DNA of 64,000 nt from Lingula anatina (GCA_051362555.1 JBPQGU010000016.1:2790001-2854000), one strand, 5' to 3'. Shown: positions 15,946 to 28,579, counted from the stretch's first letter. Translations and numbers: made by a program. The notes: generated from the sequence alone by a model not told the origin.

Positions 15946-16143
15946 TTAAATATATAAAACTTTACAATTTGAACATAAATATCTTTTTTCTATATTTTTT
16001 GGTAATAAAAGAAAGAAAATACTTAATAGAAAAAATAATATAAAAATAATTCAAAAAATAATACCTCTATATTTAAATTCAAAAATTGAAACTTGATTTC
16101 TATTAAAAGACAAATAACAATTTGAACATATTATCTTATTCAT
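15946..16143 (-). CDS. Small membrane zinc-ribbon protein (CxxC - hydrophobic segment - CxxC, LITAF-like layout)
   Basis: MNKIICSNC...GIIFWIIFILFFLLSIFFLLLP...YLCSNCK; 65 aa. Confidence 0.7.
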
Positions 16144-16186
16144 AATTATATTTTATTATTTTTTTTGTTTTTTTATAATTTAAAAA

Positions 16187-16217
16187 TAAAAAGTGAGACT
16201 TTTTAAATCTCACTTTC
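16187..16217 (-). terminator. Terminator after the arc locus antiporter
   Basis: Inverted repeat AAAGTGAGA...TCTCACTTT with a U run. Confidence 0.7.
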
Positions 16218-16243
16218 TATTAAAAAATATCTTTAATTAAAAA

Positions 16244-18070
16244 TTAAAATATTCTTGTACCTTCTGTACCTTCTTGTGCCATTGCAATTGATCCACCAAG
16301 TATTGTCATAATTAATCCTAATAAGAATAATATAAATACTGGTTTTATAATTCATTTAACAAATTTATCATATGGAATCTTTGTTACAGCTAAAGCACCA
16401 ATAACAACACCATATGTAGGAACAATTAAGTTAGCTAATCCTGCACCTCATGAATATGAAGTTATAGTTCCAGAAATTAATCCTTTTCCTTCTTGTCCTA
16501 ATTCTGCAAAACTTGTTCCAATAGTTGGGAATGTTGCATTTGCTAAACCAGATGTTGAAGGAATTACAAATGTTAATGGAATAAACAATATATATGATAA
16601 AACTGGTGTTAAAATTGATTTACCACTTTCAACACTTTTTAATCCTGAAGATAATCAATTTGCAAATAATGTTTGCATATTTGTTTTTTTCAAAACAACT
16701 GGTATTGCAGCAGCAATTCCAATTGCTAATGAAACACCCATCATATCTTTTGCACCATCAACCATTGTTTCAATATATTTTGTTTCTGATGTTTTGTTAA
16801 TAATTGCCATAATAAGTGAAACAATTACAAAATAAGCAGCTAATGTACCCATATATCAACCACCAAATGTTCATGCAGTTTCATATGTACTATCAGTATG
16901 ACCAGTTATTGCTGAATTATGAATTCAACTTGTTCCTTTGTTGTTATTAAATCCATAATCTGCATCAAGATTTCACATATCACCACCAGCATAAGTATTT
17001 TTACCATTTGAAACTAGACCATCTCATTGTAACATTCCTAAAATCATAATGATAAATGTCATAAAAAATATTATTGCTGTTATTTTTCTTCTTTGAGTTA
17101 AAACAGGAATAGCATCTCCAGTTTTAACACTAAACATTTCTTTATGCATTGCAAATAAAGTTTTTGTTTTTGAATTTTCTTTATTAATTTTTACTTTTGC
17201 AGCATATACCATTGTAAATACAGTAACAAAAGCTGTAAATACTAATCAACCAACAACTCTTCATGCCATACCATCAGATAAATTTGTAGCAAATTTTTCA
17301 GTTGTACCATTTAAAATTACCTCTTCTCCATTAACTGCAGAAACTGCTGCACCAACTGAAAATGGGTTAACAATTGATCCCATAACACCAGCACCAGCAC
17401 CAATAAAAATTATTAAGAATCCTGTTCATACATCAAAACCTGCTGCTAAAGCAAGTGGAATAACAATTGCATAAAATGCTATTGATTCTTCTGCCATTCC
17501 ATATGACATACCACAGAATGAAAAGAAAAACATCAATGGAATAATAATCCATGTTTGACGTATCCCTTCTTTCATTAATTCTTTATAATATGTAATTTTT
17601 GATTGAGCATATAAATTTTTATCAATATTTTTAAAATCTTTATGAAACAATTTTGAAACTCTACCAATAACTGCTTCAAGTGCTTGAGATTTAACCAATA
17701 CATTAATTCAACCACCAAGTGCAAATAAAAAGATAATTATTCATATACCTTTTACCATACCTAGAGGAATTGCTGTAAATCAATCTATAATACCTGAACC
17801 TAAAATTGGAGTATCTTCAACAACAATTTCAGAACCAATTATTGTTGTTGGATCTTTTTTTTCAACTAGTTCTTTAAAAGCTTTACCAGTAGATTCTAAT
17901 TTCAATTTATCTATTGTTTCTTGTGTAACAATATATTTATAACCATCACCTAAAGTAAGACCAGCTCAACTAAAAATTAAACTTAAAATACCAAAAAACA
18001 CTGCAATTATAAATAATAATGTCAATGCATGTGGTAGTTTAAATCTTCTTTTTTTCTTTAAACTATTCAT
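16244..18070 (-). CDS. YfcC/ArcD-family arginine-ornithine antiporter
   Basis: FKLPHALT start, GMAEESIAFY, VNPFSVG, IPSTSGLA; downstream of arcA-arcB. Confidence 0.9.
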
Positions 18071-18130
18071 TTTTCCCTTTCTTCTTTTTTTAATTTTTTT
18101 TAATAAAAAATTTAAAACCTTAAATAAATA

Positions 18131-18167
18131 AAAAAAGAGTAAAAAAGTTAATTTTTTACTCTTTTTT
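18131..18167. terminator. Palindromic hairpin after OTC copy 1
   Basis: AAAAAAGAGTAAAAAA-GTTAA-TTTTTTACTCTTTTTT. Confidence 0.75.
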
Positions 18168-18173
18168 AAAAAA

Positions 18174-19172
18174 TTAACTTCCTATTGTTGCAAGCATAAT
18201 TGCTTTAATAGTATGAAGTCTGTTTTCTGCTTCTTGAAAAACAAATGAATGTTTTGACCTAAATACATCATCAGAAACTTCCATTGAAGTTAAACCAAAT
18301 TTATCATAAATGTCTTTTCCAATCTTTGTATTTAAATCATGGAAAGCTGGTAAACAATGTAAAAACATTACATCTTCTTTTGCAGCTTTAATAACATTCA
18401 TGTTAACTTGATAATCTTTTAATTGTGTAATTCTTTCTTTTCAAACTTCTTCAGGTTCTCCCATTGAAACTCAAACATCAGTATAAATTACATCTACACC
18501 TTTTGCACCTTTAATAGGATCTGTTTCAAATGTTAATGTTGCTCCTGTTTCTTCTTTTGAAATAATTTCATTACATTTATCAATTAAATCTTTTTCTGGT
18601 CATAATTCTTTTGGAGCAACACATACAAAATGCATTCCCATTTTTGCACATCCTACCATTAAAGAATTTCCCATATTGTTTCTTGCATCACCATAGTATG
18701 CAAATCTAATACCTTTTAGAGTTTTTTTCTCTTCAAGAATTGTTAAAAAGTCTGCTAGAATTTGTGTTGGATGAAATTCATTTGTTAAACCATTTCAAAC
18801 CGGAACACCAGCATGTTCTGCAAGTTCTTCAACAACTTTTTGTTCATAACCACGAAATTGTATTCCATCAAACATTCTACCTAAAACTTTTGCACTATCT
18901 TCAACAGATTCTTTTTTACCAAATTGAGATCCTGAAGGTCCTAAATAAACAGTATGTGCTCCTTGATCAAGTGCACCTACTTCAAAAGCACAACGAGTTC
19001 TAGTTGAATCTTTTTGAAATAAAAGACAAACATTTTTACCTTTCATTCTTTGTACTTCTGTTCCAGCATATTTAGCTCTTTTTAAATCTCTTGATAAATC
19101 TAATAAATATTGAATTTCTTGAGGAGTAAAATCTAATAATTTTACAAAATTTCTACCTTTTAAATTAACCAT
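18174..19172 (-). CDS. arcB: Catabolic ornithine carbamoyltransferase, copy 1
   Basis: [30 protein letters not shown]. Confidence 0.96.
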
Positions 19173-19181
19173 ATTGTAATA

Positions 19182-20375
19182 TTATTTCTTATCTCTAATT
19201 ATAGGCATTGTCATACATCTAGGACCGCCTCTACCTCTTGATAATTCAGATGAAGGAACTTCAATAACTTTTATTCCAGCATCTCTCATTAATTTATTAG
19301 TTACTCAGTTTCTTGAATAAGCAATAACTACACCTGGTCTAATTGTAATACAATTAGTACCATCATTTCATTGCTCTCTTCCTGCTGCAATTGGAGATTC
19401 ACCACCACATTTAATAAATACTGGTTCTTTTCCAATTAATTCTGTAAAGAATTCAATTAAACCTTCATTAATTAATGTAGCATCATCTTCTGTTACATCA
19501 TAAATTTTAAATTGATCAATATCATCAAAAATTGTTGGATGAATAACAAATTTATCATAATCAACATTTGTCATAACTGTATCTAAATGCATATATGCTC
19601 TTTTTTTAGGAACATCAATTGCATAAATTTTTTTGAAAGTTGTTTCTTCATCATTAAAAATATTTTTAGCTAAAAGTTTTACAGCTTCCATTTGTGTTCT
19701 TTCAGTTACACCAACAAGTAAAACATCATCACTTAATACCATAATGTCTCCACCTTCAATATGATATTTTTCATCTCTTGAAAAGTAGAATTTTAATCCA
19801 GTATCTTTAAATCTTGGATGATATTTTAAAAATGCTTCAGCAAACAAAGTCTCTCTTTGTCTTGTTTTATTTGCCATTGTATGTAATGTTACACCACAAC
19901 CAACTGAAGCAAATGCATCTCTTTGAAATAAAACATTTGGTAATGGATCACATGCAAATGGATAATTATCCACCATTTCCACACCAATTTCACTAGTTTC
20001 AATTCCACCAATCATAGCATTAACCATATCTTGTGTACTTAAACTTCTTAAATGACTTTCTAATGCTTTTAAATGACTAGGTTGAATGTCACCTTCTTCT
20101 AAGAATTTTTTAATAAATTCTTCTTTATAATCAGGGTTAGCATCTAATGCTTCTGCTACAAGTTTTTCAACATATAACACTTCCACCCCTTCTTTTCTCA
20201 TTGCATCTGTAAATGCATCATGTTCTTCTTGTGCTAGTTTCAAATAAGGAATATCATCAAATAACAACCTCTCTAATAAATCAGGAGTTAAGTTTTCAAC
20301 TTCTTTACCTGGTCTATGAACTAATACTGAACGTAATTTTCCAATTTCAGAAAATACATTAATAACATTTTTCAT
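19182..20375 (-). CDS. arcA: Arginine deiminase
   Basis: [36 protein letters not shown]. Confidence 0.97.
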
Positions 20376-20432
20376 ATTTTTTCTTTTTCACCTTTCCTTC
20401 TTTTTTTATATATTTTATAAATATTAATATAT

Positions 20433-20486
20433 AACTAAAAAAATTTTATCAAATTTTTAAATTATAAAATTAATATTTTAAAAAAT
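20433..20486 (-). promoter_or_regulatory. 54-bp upstream element with TATAAT, duplicated in front of arcA and OTC copy 2
   Basis: Matches 21756-21809 with one mismatch. Confidence 0.7.
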
Positions 20487-20591
20487 CTATGTCTATATTA
20501 TCTTTTTATATATTTTCCATACAAAAAAAAATTTAAAAAAAAAAAAAAAAAATAAAATAAAATAAAATAAAAAATAAAAATATTTTTTAAA

Positions 20592-20622
20592 AAAAAGAGC
20601 AAAAAAGTTTTTTGCTCTTTTA
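20592..20622. terminator. Palindromic hairpin after OTC copy 2
   Basis: AAAAGAGCAAAAAA-G-TTTTTTGCTCTTTT. Confidence 0.75.
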
Positions 20623-20646
20623 ATGTTTTTTTAAAAATAAAACAAA

Positions 20647-21645
20647 CTAATTACCAATTGTTGCAACCATTACTGCTTTAATAGTATGTAATCTATTTTC
20701 TGCTTGTTGAAAAACAAATGAATGTTTTGATCTAAATACTTTATCTGAAACTTCCATTGAAGTCAAACCAAATTTATCATAAATATCTTTACCAATTTTT
20801 GTATTAATATCATGAAAAGATGGCAAACAATGTAAGAAAATTACATCATCTTTTGCAGAATGTATTACATCCATATTAACTTGATATTCTTTTAGTGATG
20901 AAATTCTTTCTTTTCAAACTGCTTCTTTTTCTCCCATTGAAACTCAAACATCTGTATAAATAACATCAGCACATTCTGCTCCTTTAATAGGATCTGTTTC
21001 AAATGTTAATGTAGCTCCTGTTTCTTCATCTTTTATAATTTCATTACATTTATCAATTAAATCTTGATCAGGTCATAATTCTTTTGGAGCAACACATACA
21101 AAATGCATTCCCATTTTTGCACATCCTACCATTAAAGAGTTTCCCATATTATTTCTTGCATCACCAAAATATGCAAACTTAATACCTTTTAAAGTTTTTT
21201 TCTCTTCAATAATTGTTAAAAAGTCTGCTAGAATTTGTGTTGGATGAAATTCATTTGTTAAACCATTTCAAACTGGAACACCTGCATGTTCTGCAAATTC
21301 TTCAACAACTTTTTGTTCATAACCACGAAATTGTATTCCATCAAACATTCTACCTAAAACTTTTGCACTATCTTCAACAGATTCTTTTTTACCAAATTGA
21401 GATCCTGAAGGTCCTAAATAAACAGTATGTGCTCCTTGATCAAGTGCACCTACTTCAAAAGCACAACGAGTTCTAGTTGAATCTTTTTGAAATAAAAGAC
21501 AAACATTTTTACCTTTCATTTTTTGAACTTCTGTTCCAGCATATTTAGCTCTTTTTAAATCTCTTGATAAATCCAATAAATATTGGATTTCTTGATGTGT
21601 AAAATCTAATAATTTTACAAAATTTCTTGCTTTTAAATTAATCAT
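20647..21645 (-). CDS. arcB: Catabolic ornithine carbamoyltransferase, copy 2
   Basis: Same motifs as copy 1; 5' part nearly identical to copy 1 at DNA level. Confidence 0.96.
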
Positions 21646-21755
21646 ATATACTCCTTTTTATTTTTAAAATTTTTAAATACAAAATATAAAAAAATATAAT
21701 AATAATTTATCAAAATAAATTATTATTTCTTTAATCTAATATAATTTTTATCTAC

Positions 21756-21809
21756 AACTAAAAAAATTTTATCAAATTTTTAAATTATAAAATCAATATT
21801 TTAAAAAAT
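21756..21809 (-). promoter_or_regulatory. Second copy of the 54-bp arc upstream element
   Basis: Matches 20433-20486. Confidence 0.7.
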
Positions 21810-21855
21810 ATTTATATAAGTTATATTTTTTTATATAATTTTCTTTTTTATTTTA

Positions 21856-22698
21856 TTAAAATTTTTTATTTAATAAAAATATTTTAAATTCATTTAAATT
21901 AAAAAAATATTTTAAATATTTTTTATTTCTACTTTTAGTTTCAGTTTCTTTTTTTCAAAATAATCCACCAGAAACTCAAATAAAATTAAAATTTTTTAAA
22001 TTTTGTTCAACTATTTTTCCAAATTTTTGAAAATCACTTGATGTTTTATCAATTTTAGAACCACCGACATTAAATGTATTTACTTCTATTAATAAAGTTC
22101 GATATTTTGTTTCAACTACAAAATCTATAATTCTTTTTTTAATTTCATCATTTAATTTATTTAAAATATTTTCTGAAATTTTTAAATCTTGAAACTTAAC
22201 TTGTTCTTTAAATTTTAATTTATGTTCTATTAAAATATTTCTTATTTTATTTTCAAATCTTTTTCCGTTTCTATTTTTTCTTGCATGAGTATCTAAACCT
22301 GCCAAAACACCTAATAAATAATCTTTTAAATTACTTATTTTATTTCTTTTTAAAATATTAAAAATTTCTGTTTCTTCTAATTCTGAATATATTTTTTCTA
22401 ATAAATTATCATCAATTGTATTTATTTTTTCTAAATTGAATTTTAAATTTATTCTAAATCTTTCTCATCTTGTTGCTAATAATAAAGAAATTAACTTTAA
22501 GTTTGAAATATCATTTTTTATTAAAGAAAAAAATTCTTTTTTAAAATTTGGTTTATTTAAAATTTTTTGTCAATTATAAATAACATCTTCAATATCATTT
22601 AATTTATATAAAATTTTTTTAAAATCTACAAATTCATATAATTTTTCTTTTTTATATTCTTTATTTAATTTTTTTGATTTTATTTGTATTTTTATCAT
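21856..22698 (-). CDS. DpnII-family type II restriction endonuclease (probably GATC)
   Basis: GLDTHARKNRNGKRFE, IDF...IEVNTFNVGGSK; overlaps the methylase stop. Confidence 0.85.
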
Positions 22699-23512
22699 AA
22701 TTTGTAATTATAACTTCAACATGTCCTTTTCGATTTTTACCAATTGAATTTACAGATCTATTAACTTCAACTAATTCAATATTAAAATCTTTATAAAATT
22801 CTCTTATATTTTCAGTATCATGATTTGATGCCATAAAAAAAACACCTTTTTTATTTAACTTCTTACAAAAATTTGCTAATCTTTTTTGTTCTTCTAAATC
22901 AAATTTTTTAGTTGAATATGAATTAAATGTATTTTTATTTATTAAATCATATGGTGGATCTAAATAAACAAAATCACCTTTATTAATTTTATTAAAAAAA
23001 TATGAAAAATCTTTTGAATAAATATTTATTTTATTTTTATTTAAAAAATCACTTATTTTTTCAATTCCATTAATATCAATAAATATTTTAGAACTTTTAT
23101 TTCATGGAACATTAAATTCATTTTTACAACTTACTCTATATAAGCCGTTATAACAAGATTTATTTAAAAAAATAAAAAATGCTGCTTTTTTAATTTTTTC
23201 ATCAGTATTTTTAGCTACTAATTCATTAAATTCTTTTCTTTTATCATTAAAAATTTCTCTTGTTATTTCTATTTTTGAAAATTCATTTAATAAATTAATT
23301 AATTTTTTTTTATGATTTTTAACAATTTTTCAAGTATTTATCAATTCTTTATTTTTATCATTTAAAACTGCATTTTTATGTTGAAGTGATAAAAATAATG
23401 CACCACCACCTAAAAATAATTCATAATATTTATTAAATTTTTTTGGTAAATTATTATTTATTTTCTTTAATAATTGTCTCTTACCACCAACTCATTTTAT
23501 AAAAGGTTTCAT
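22661..23512 (-). CDS. Dam/DpnM-family DNA adenine methyltransferase
   Basis: [29 protein letters not shown]...FNVPW, YLDPPY, EVIITNY. Confidence 0.95.
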
Positions 23513-23604
23513 ATCTAAATATTTTATATTTAAATCAATTATTAAAATTTTTATTTATATATTTAATATATTTGATATATATAAAAAAAAGAAAGGTTAA
23601 AAAA

Positions 23605-23605
23605 A

Positions 23606-23658
<53 letters not shown>

Positions 23659-24558
23659 TTAAAAAACAAAAAAACAGAATTTATTGAAAATTCAGAAAAA
23701 ATGAATAAATTTGTTAAAAAAAAATTAAATAATAATAAAAAACAAATAGATTCTATTATTAATTCATTAAAAAAAATAATTTTTTTAGAATTAATGTTTA
23801 AAAATATAAATTTTAAAATTAAAAATACAGAAAATAAAAGTGAACCATTTAATGATATTTGTGTTTATTTTTTTGATGAAGATAAAAATTTAAATTTTTA
23901 TGAAAAATTTGAAGTTGTTTCTACAAAAATTTTTTCATATAAAAAAAATAAGAAATTAAAAGATTCAAGTTCAAAATCCATTGCTGAATTAATTTGTAAT
24001 AGAATTGAAGAAAAAATTAATAAATTTAAATCTTCAAATGGAAAATATGGAGAAAGTTTTAACCTTATTATTTTTGACTATTGAACTAAATTAATTTTTT
24101 TGAAACAAAAACAAGAAGAACTTACAAAAACATTAAATTTTATTCAAAACAAATACAAAGACAATAAATATATTAAAAAACTTTTTTTATATACAACAAG
24201 AAATAAAGAATGACATATGTTTTTTGGAAAATATAATGAAAAAATAATTAAAAATAAACAACCATTTATTAAAAATAAAATTGATTTTGGTAATTTATTA
24301 ATTATAAAATATCCCAAAATTAAAAAAGAAATAATTGATAAAAATTATGAAATAGTTAATAAAATACATAAAGAATTTAATAAAATTAATTCTGAATATA
24401 TAAGTAATGAAAATAATGATGGAACAAAAATAAATGAATATTGAGAAAAAAACTTTAAAGAAAGAGAAAACTATTTAATAAAAGAAATAAGTAAAAATTT
24501 AAATATTGATATAAAAATTATTAAAAAAATATTTAAAATATTTTTTAATATTATTTAA
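23605..24558 (+). CDS. Hypothetical protein with an N-terminal poly-Asn tract
   Basis: AAAGG RBS; one frame through three TGAs; directly upstream of the OLD-like ATPase. Confidence 0.7.
23608..23658 (+). repeat. Perfect (AAT)17 microsatellite
   Basis: Directly visible; starts at codon 2. Confidence 0.95.
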
Positions 24559-24590
24559 TAAAATAAAAAAATTATTATAATTAATTTATT

Positions 24591-26441
24591 ATGAAAATAA
24601 AAATTATAAATTATAAATCTATTAAAAATTTAGAATACAATATAAAACACAATATTCAATATATTATTGGTAAAAATGAATGTGGAAAAACAAATATATT
24701 AAATGCTTTCAAAGAACTTAATGAAGAAAAAATAAATAAAAAAAGAAATAATTTTAATACAGAAAATGAATCAATAACTGAAATTGAATTTAAATTTTTA
24801 AATCAAAATAATGAAGAAATTATTTGAAAAATAAATAATTTAGAAAATAAAATTTTATTAAAAGAAATTTATAATGAATTCTTAAAAATAAAAACATTTT
24901 GAAAAAATTTAAATGATATATGTAATGAAAATAAAGATAGAGAAATTGTAAATTTAATATCAGAAAATAAAAAAGATTCTTTAAATTTTTTTAATTTTTT
25001 ACAAAAAATAAATATTGAAGAATCAACATTAATACAAAAAATAATTAATATAATAAAAAAAGATTCAAAATCATTAAAAAATTTTATAGGTGAAATTGTA
25101 AATTTAATAATTTATTCAAAAGAAAAATATAAAAATTATAAATTAAAACAAACAGAAAAATATAAAAATTATTTTGGTATTTTTGATTTTAAAAAAGAAG
25201 AATTAAAATATGAATATTCTTTTAATGATGCTTTAAATAGTCAAAGTTTTTTAAATCTATGAAATCTATTAGGACATAATGAAAAAGATATAGTTGAATT
25301 AATTAATTTAAATGGTGATGCTAAAATAGATAAAATAAAAGAAATTAATGAAAAAACAAAAATACAATTTAAAAACTTTATTAAAGATTTTTGAAGACAA
25401 CAAACTATAGAGTTTGAATTAATAATTCAAGATCATTCATTTAAAATTAGAGCTGCAAATTTAAAAAATAAAAATGAAACAATAAATGTAACAAATAAAT
25501 TTAAAAACCTAGATTATAGAAGTTCTGGATTAAAAAAATATCTATCATTAATTTTATTTTTAAATAATATTAAATCAAAATTAAAAAGTAAAAAATATAA
25601 TAAAATTATAATTTTATTTGATGAACCTGACAATGAGTTACATGCTAATGCTATTTTAGATTTTAAAAAATACTGTGAAAATTTTATAAAAAAATATCAA
25701 AACATTTATTTATTAATAACTACACACAATCCATATTTTATCAATATAAATGATTTCAAAAAAATATCATTATTAATTAATAATGTTTCAAATGGTACAT
25801 TTATAAAAGAACAATTTGCTAATAAAAATAATGATTATAAAACATCTGGCCTTTGACCTTTTCTAGAACACATACACATTGACAGAGAATTGACACTTTC
25901 ATTAATAAATTCTATCAATGTTTTTGTTAAAGGATTTCATGATTTAATAATTTTTAATGCAGTTCAAAAATATTTTTTAAAACATAAAAAAATAGAAGAA
26001 AAATATATAAATGAACTTAAAAAAATTAAATTCTTATCTTTAGGTTCTGCTCAAAACACAAATAATCCACTAATAGATTTATCGATAAGTTTTAATAACA
26101 AAAGACCTTTTTTTATTTTTGATTATGATAATGCTGGAAATGATGCAAAAAATAGACTAAGAAAAACTTATTGAATAAATGATGAAAATAAAAATAAGAT
26201 ATTTTTTATAAATTTAAAAAAACAATGATTAAAAAATGATAAAAAAATTGAAACTCAAAACTTATTTGAAGATATGAAAATAATTAATCAACAACCATTT
26301 TTAAATAAAGATACAATGTTTTTTATAAATTTTGCAGAAGAAATAGAAAATAGCGAAAATAATATGTTTTTAAATCAAAAAACAATAAATAATTTTAGAA
26401 ATATTTTTATAAAAATTATTAAAAATAAAGATCTAAAATAA
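24591..26441 (+). CDS. OLD-family ABC ATPase-TOPRIM protein 1
   Basis: GKNECGKT, RSSG, ILFDEPDNELH, ITTHNPY, VFVKGFHD, FDYDNAG. Confidence 0.85.
26303..26441 (+). repeat. 139-bp direct repeat, copy 1 (3' end of OLD-like gene 1)
   Basis: Colinear, ungapped match to 29509-29647 with scattered substitutions. Confidence 0.9.
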
Positions 26442-26504
26442 ATTACTAATTAATAAATAAATAAATAAATAAAAATATTAAATTAAAACTAAAATAATAT
26501 TTCT

Positions 26505-26648
26505 TTATCTATTTTTTTCTATTATTTGTTTTAATTTATTAATTCTTTTTTCTATTTTTTTAAATTTCAAACAAGAATGACATCATAATTCTTCATTTAA
26601 ATATTTTTTTTATTCTTTACAGATATCACAAATATTTTCTTTCATCAT
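26505..26648 (-). pseudogene. Small CxxC...CxxC zinc-finger/coiled-coil gene with an in-frame TAA
   Basis: AAGGAG RBS; MMKENICDICKE*KKYLNEELWCHSCLKF... Confidence 0.55.
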
Positions 26649-26998
26649 TTAATACTCCTTTAACAAAAAAATTATAATATTTTTTTTATTAATTATTAAT
26701 AATATTTACTAATTTTTTTTGATAAATTATTATTTATTGTTTTTAATAATTAATTATTACCAAAAAATTATTTTATAAAATATTTTGTATATAATTTTTT
26801 TAAATAAAAAATATTAAATTAATTATTAAAAATAAAATCATAGATAAATATAATTAAATATATTATTAAAATATTATTTATAAAAAAAAAAAAAAAAAAT
26901 TAAATATAAAAAACAAATATATTACATATTTTATTAAAAAATAAATTTATTGAATCAATAAAAAAATAAAATTAAAAATAATAGGAGTTAATAAAAAA

Positions 26999-27217
26999 AT
27001 GAATTTAATTGAAAAAATAAAAAATGGTTTTTATTCTTTTAAAAAAGAAACTGTTAAAGAATTTGAAACAATACTTGATAATAATGCACATGGTTATTAT
27101 GTAAATATTAGAAACATAAAAAAATTAAAAGATGGTTCTTTTTCAATCAGTATAAAATTTGAAAAAATTAATGAAAATAATAATTTTGAAATATCAAAAA
27201 AAGAAAATAATTTATAA
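26999..27217 (+). CDS. Small hypothetical protein (candidate antitoxin)
   Basis: Strong AGGAG RBS; 72 aa; upstream of the Fic/Doc gene. Confidence 0.65.
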   Translation: MNLIEKIKNGFYSFKKETVKEFETILDNNAHGYYVNIRNIKKLKDGSFSISIKFEKINENNNFEISKKENNL

Positions 27218-27403
27218 AAAAATAATTTGAAAAGAAAAAATTTATTAAATTTAATAATTTATTTGTTAATTAAATAAAAAATTAAATTTAAATATGAAAA
27301 TATAAAAAATATTATTCAAAAAATAAAAGAATAATTATAATTATTTTATTAGAATATATGACATATAATCTATTAATTAAATTTAATTAATACAAAAAAA
27401 TAA

Positions 27404-27931
27404 ATGAATAATACTATATTTATATTTAACATTCAAGATTTAAAAATTATACAAAATTTAAAAATAATAAATTCCAAAACAAAAATTTTAATTTTAAAAA
27501 AAAATGAAAAAAATTTTAATAAAATTTTTAAAATTATTAAAATTTCACTTAAATATTTACAAAAAAATTATAAACTATTTAATTGAAAAGAACCAATTGG
27601 TTTTGAAATTAATGATGGAAGTATAGAAAGTATGATGCATTCTTTATATTTATTAACACAACATGAAAATGTAACAATTTTTGATTTATTAATACAAATT
27701 TTTATAAGAATAATAGGTACACATTATATAAGTAATGGTAATAAAAGATTTGGAATATTTGTTCTTAAAAAATTATCAATAGAATTGGGTTTTTATATTA
27801 AAGAAAATAATATAAAAGAAATTAAATATTGAACAATAAAATTAAAAAATAAAAAAAATTATTCAAAAATAAATTCAAAAGAACATAAAGAAATTTTAAA
27901 TTGATATTTAAATAAATTAACAATTTTCTAA
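27404..27931 (+). CDS. Fic/Doc-family protein
   Basis: HYISNGNKR matches the Fic/Doc HxFx(D/N)GNKR motif; one frame with TGA=Trp. Confidence 0.8.
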
Positions 27932-28222
27932 TTTTTTCATCAAATCCATAAAATTTTTATCATTTAATAAAATTTTATTAATTTTATTGTTTTTATATTT
28001 TGCAAATGGTTTAATTCTTTTATCTTTAGTTATTTTGTATTTCATTTTTTTTAAATAATAAACAAATTAAATTATATTACAAAATAAATTTTTAAATAAT
28101 ATTTTAAAAAATCCAAATTAATACTTTACTAAATAATTTGTTTTTATTACAATTTTATAAATTTTTGATTTTTTGATTTTTTGATTCTTATTTTATTAAT
28201 TAAATGTTTTATATTCTTTTAA

Positions 28223-28579
28223 TTATTGATTTTTATATTTAATTATTTTTAAAATATTTTTAATTTGAACATCATCAAAATATTTTATTCTTTTTTCTAT
28301 TTCATTAAAATTATCTTTTTTATATATTGTAAAACCATTTGGTGGTAAAAACATTGTATTAAAATTAGAAATTGGAAAAATTACTTCTAATTCATAAATA
28401 TTATTTTTTTCTAATTTAAATTCATTTATATTATTAAATTGTACATTAAATCCTCAATCAATAACTTTAAAAATAACACCTGCATGTTGATCATAAACTT
28501 TAATTCTAATTGGTTTATTATTTTTAATTTCATTTCAAAAAAAATATTTAAATTTTTCTATTTTTTCTATTAAATTCAT
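28223..28579 (-). CDS. Hypothetical protein
   Basis: 118-codon frame with AGGA upstream. Confidence 0.55.

Noticed and set aside
18740-21476. Two near-identical 87-aa plus-strand ORFs
   Set aside because: Antisense shadows of the duplicated OTC genes.
26999-28579. Two small ORFs both beginning MNLIEKI
   Set aside because: The similarity stops after 7 low-complexity residues; likely chance in AT-rich sequence.
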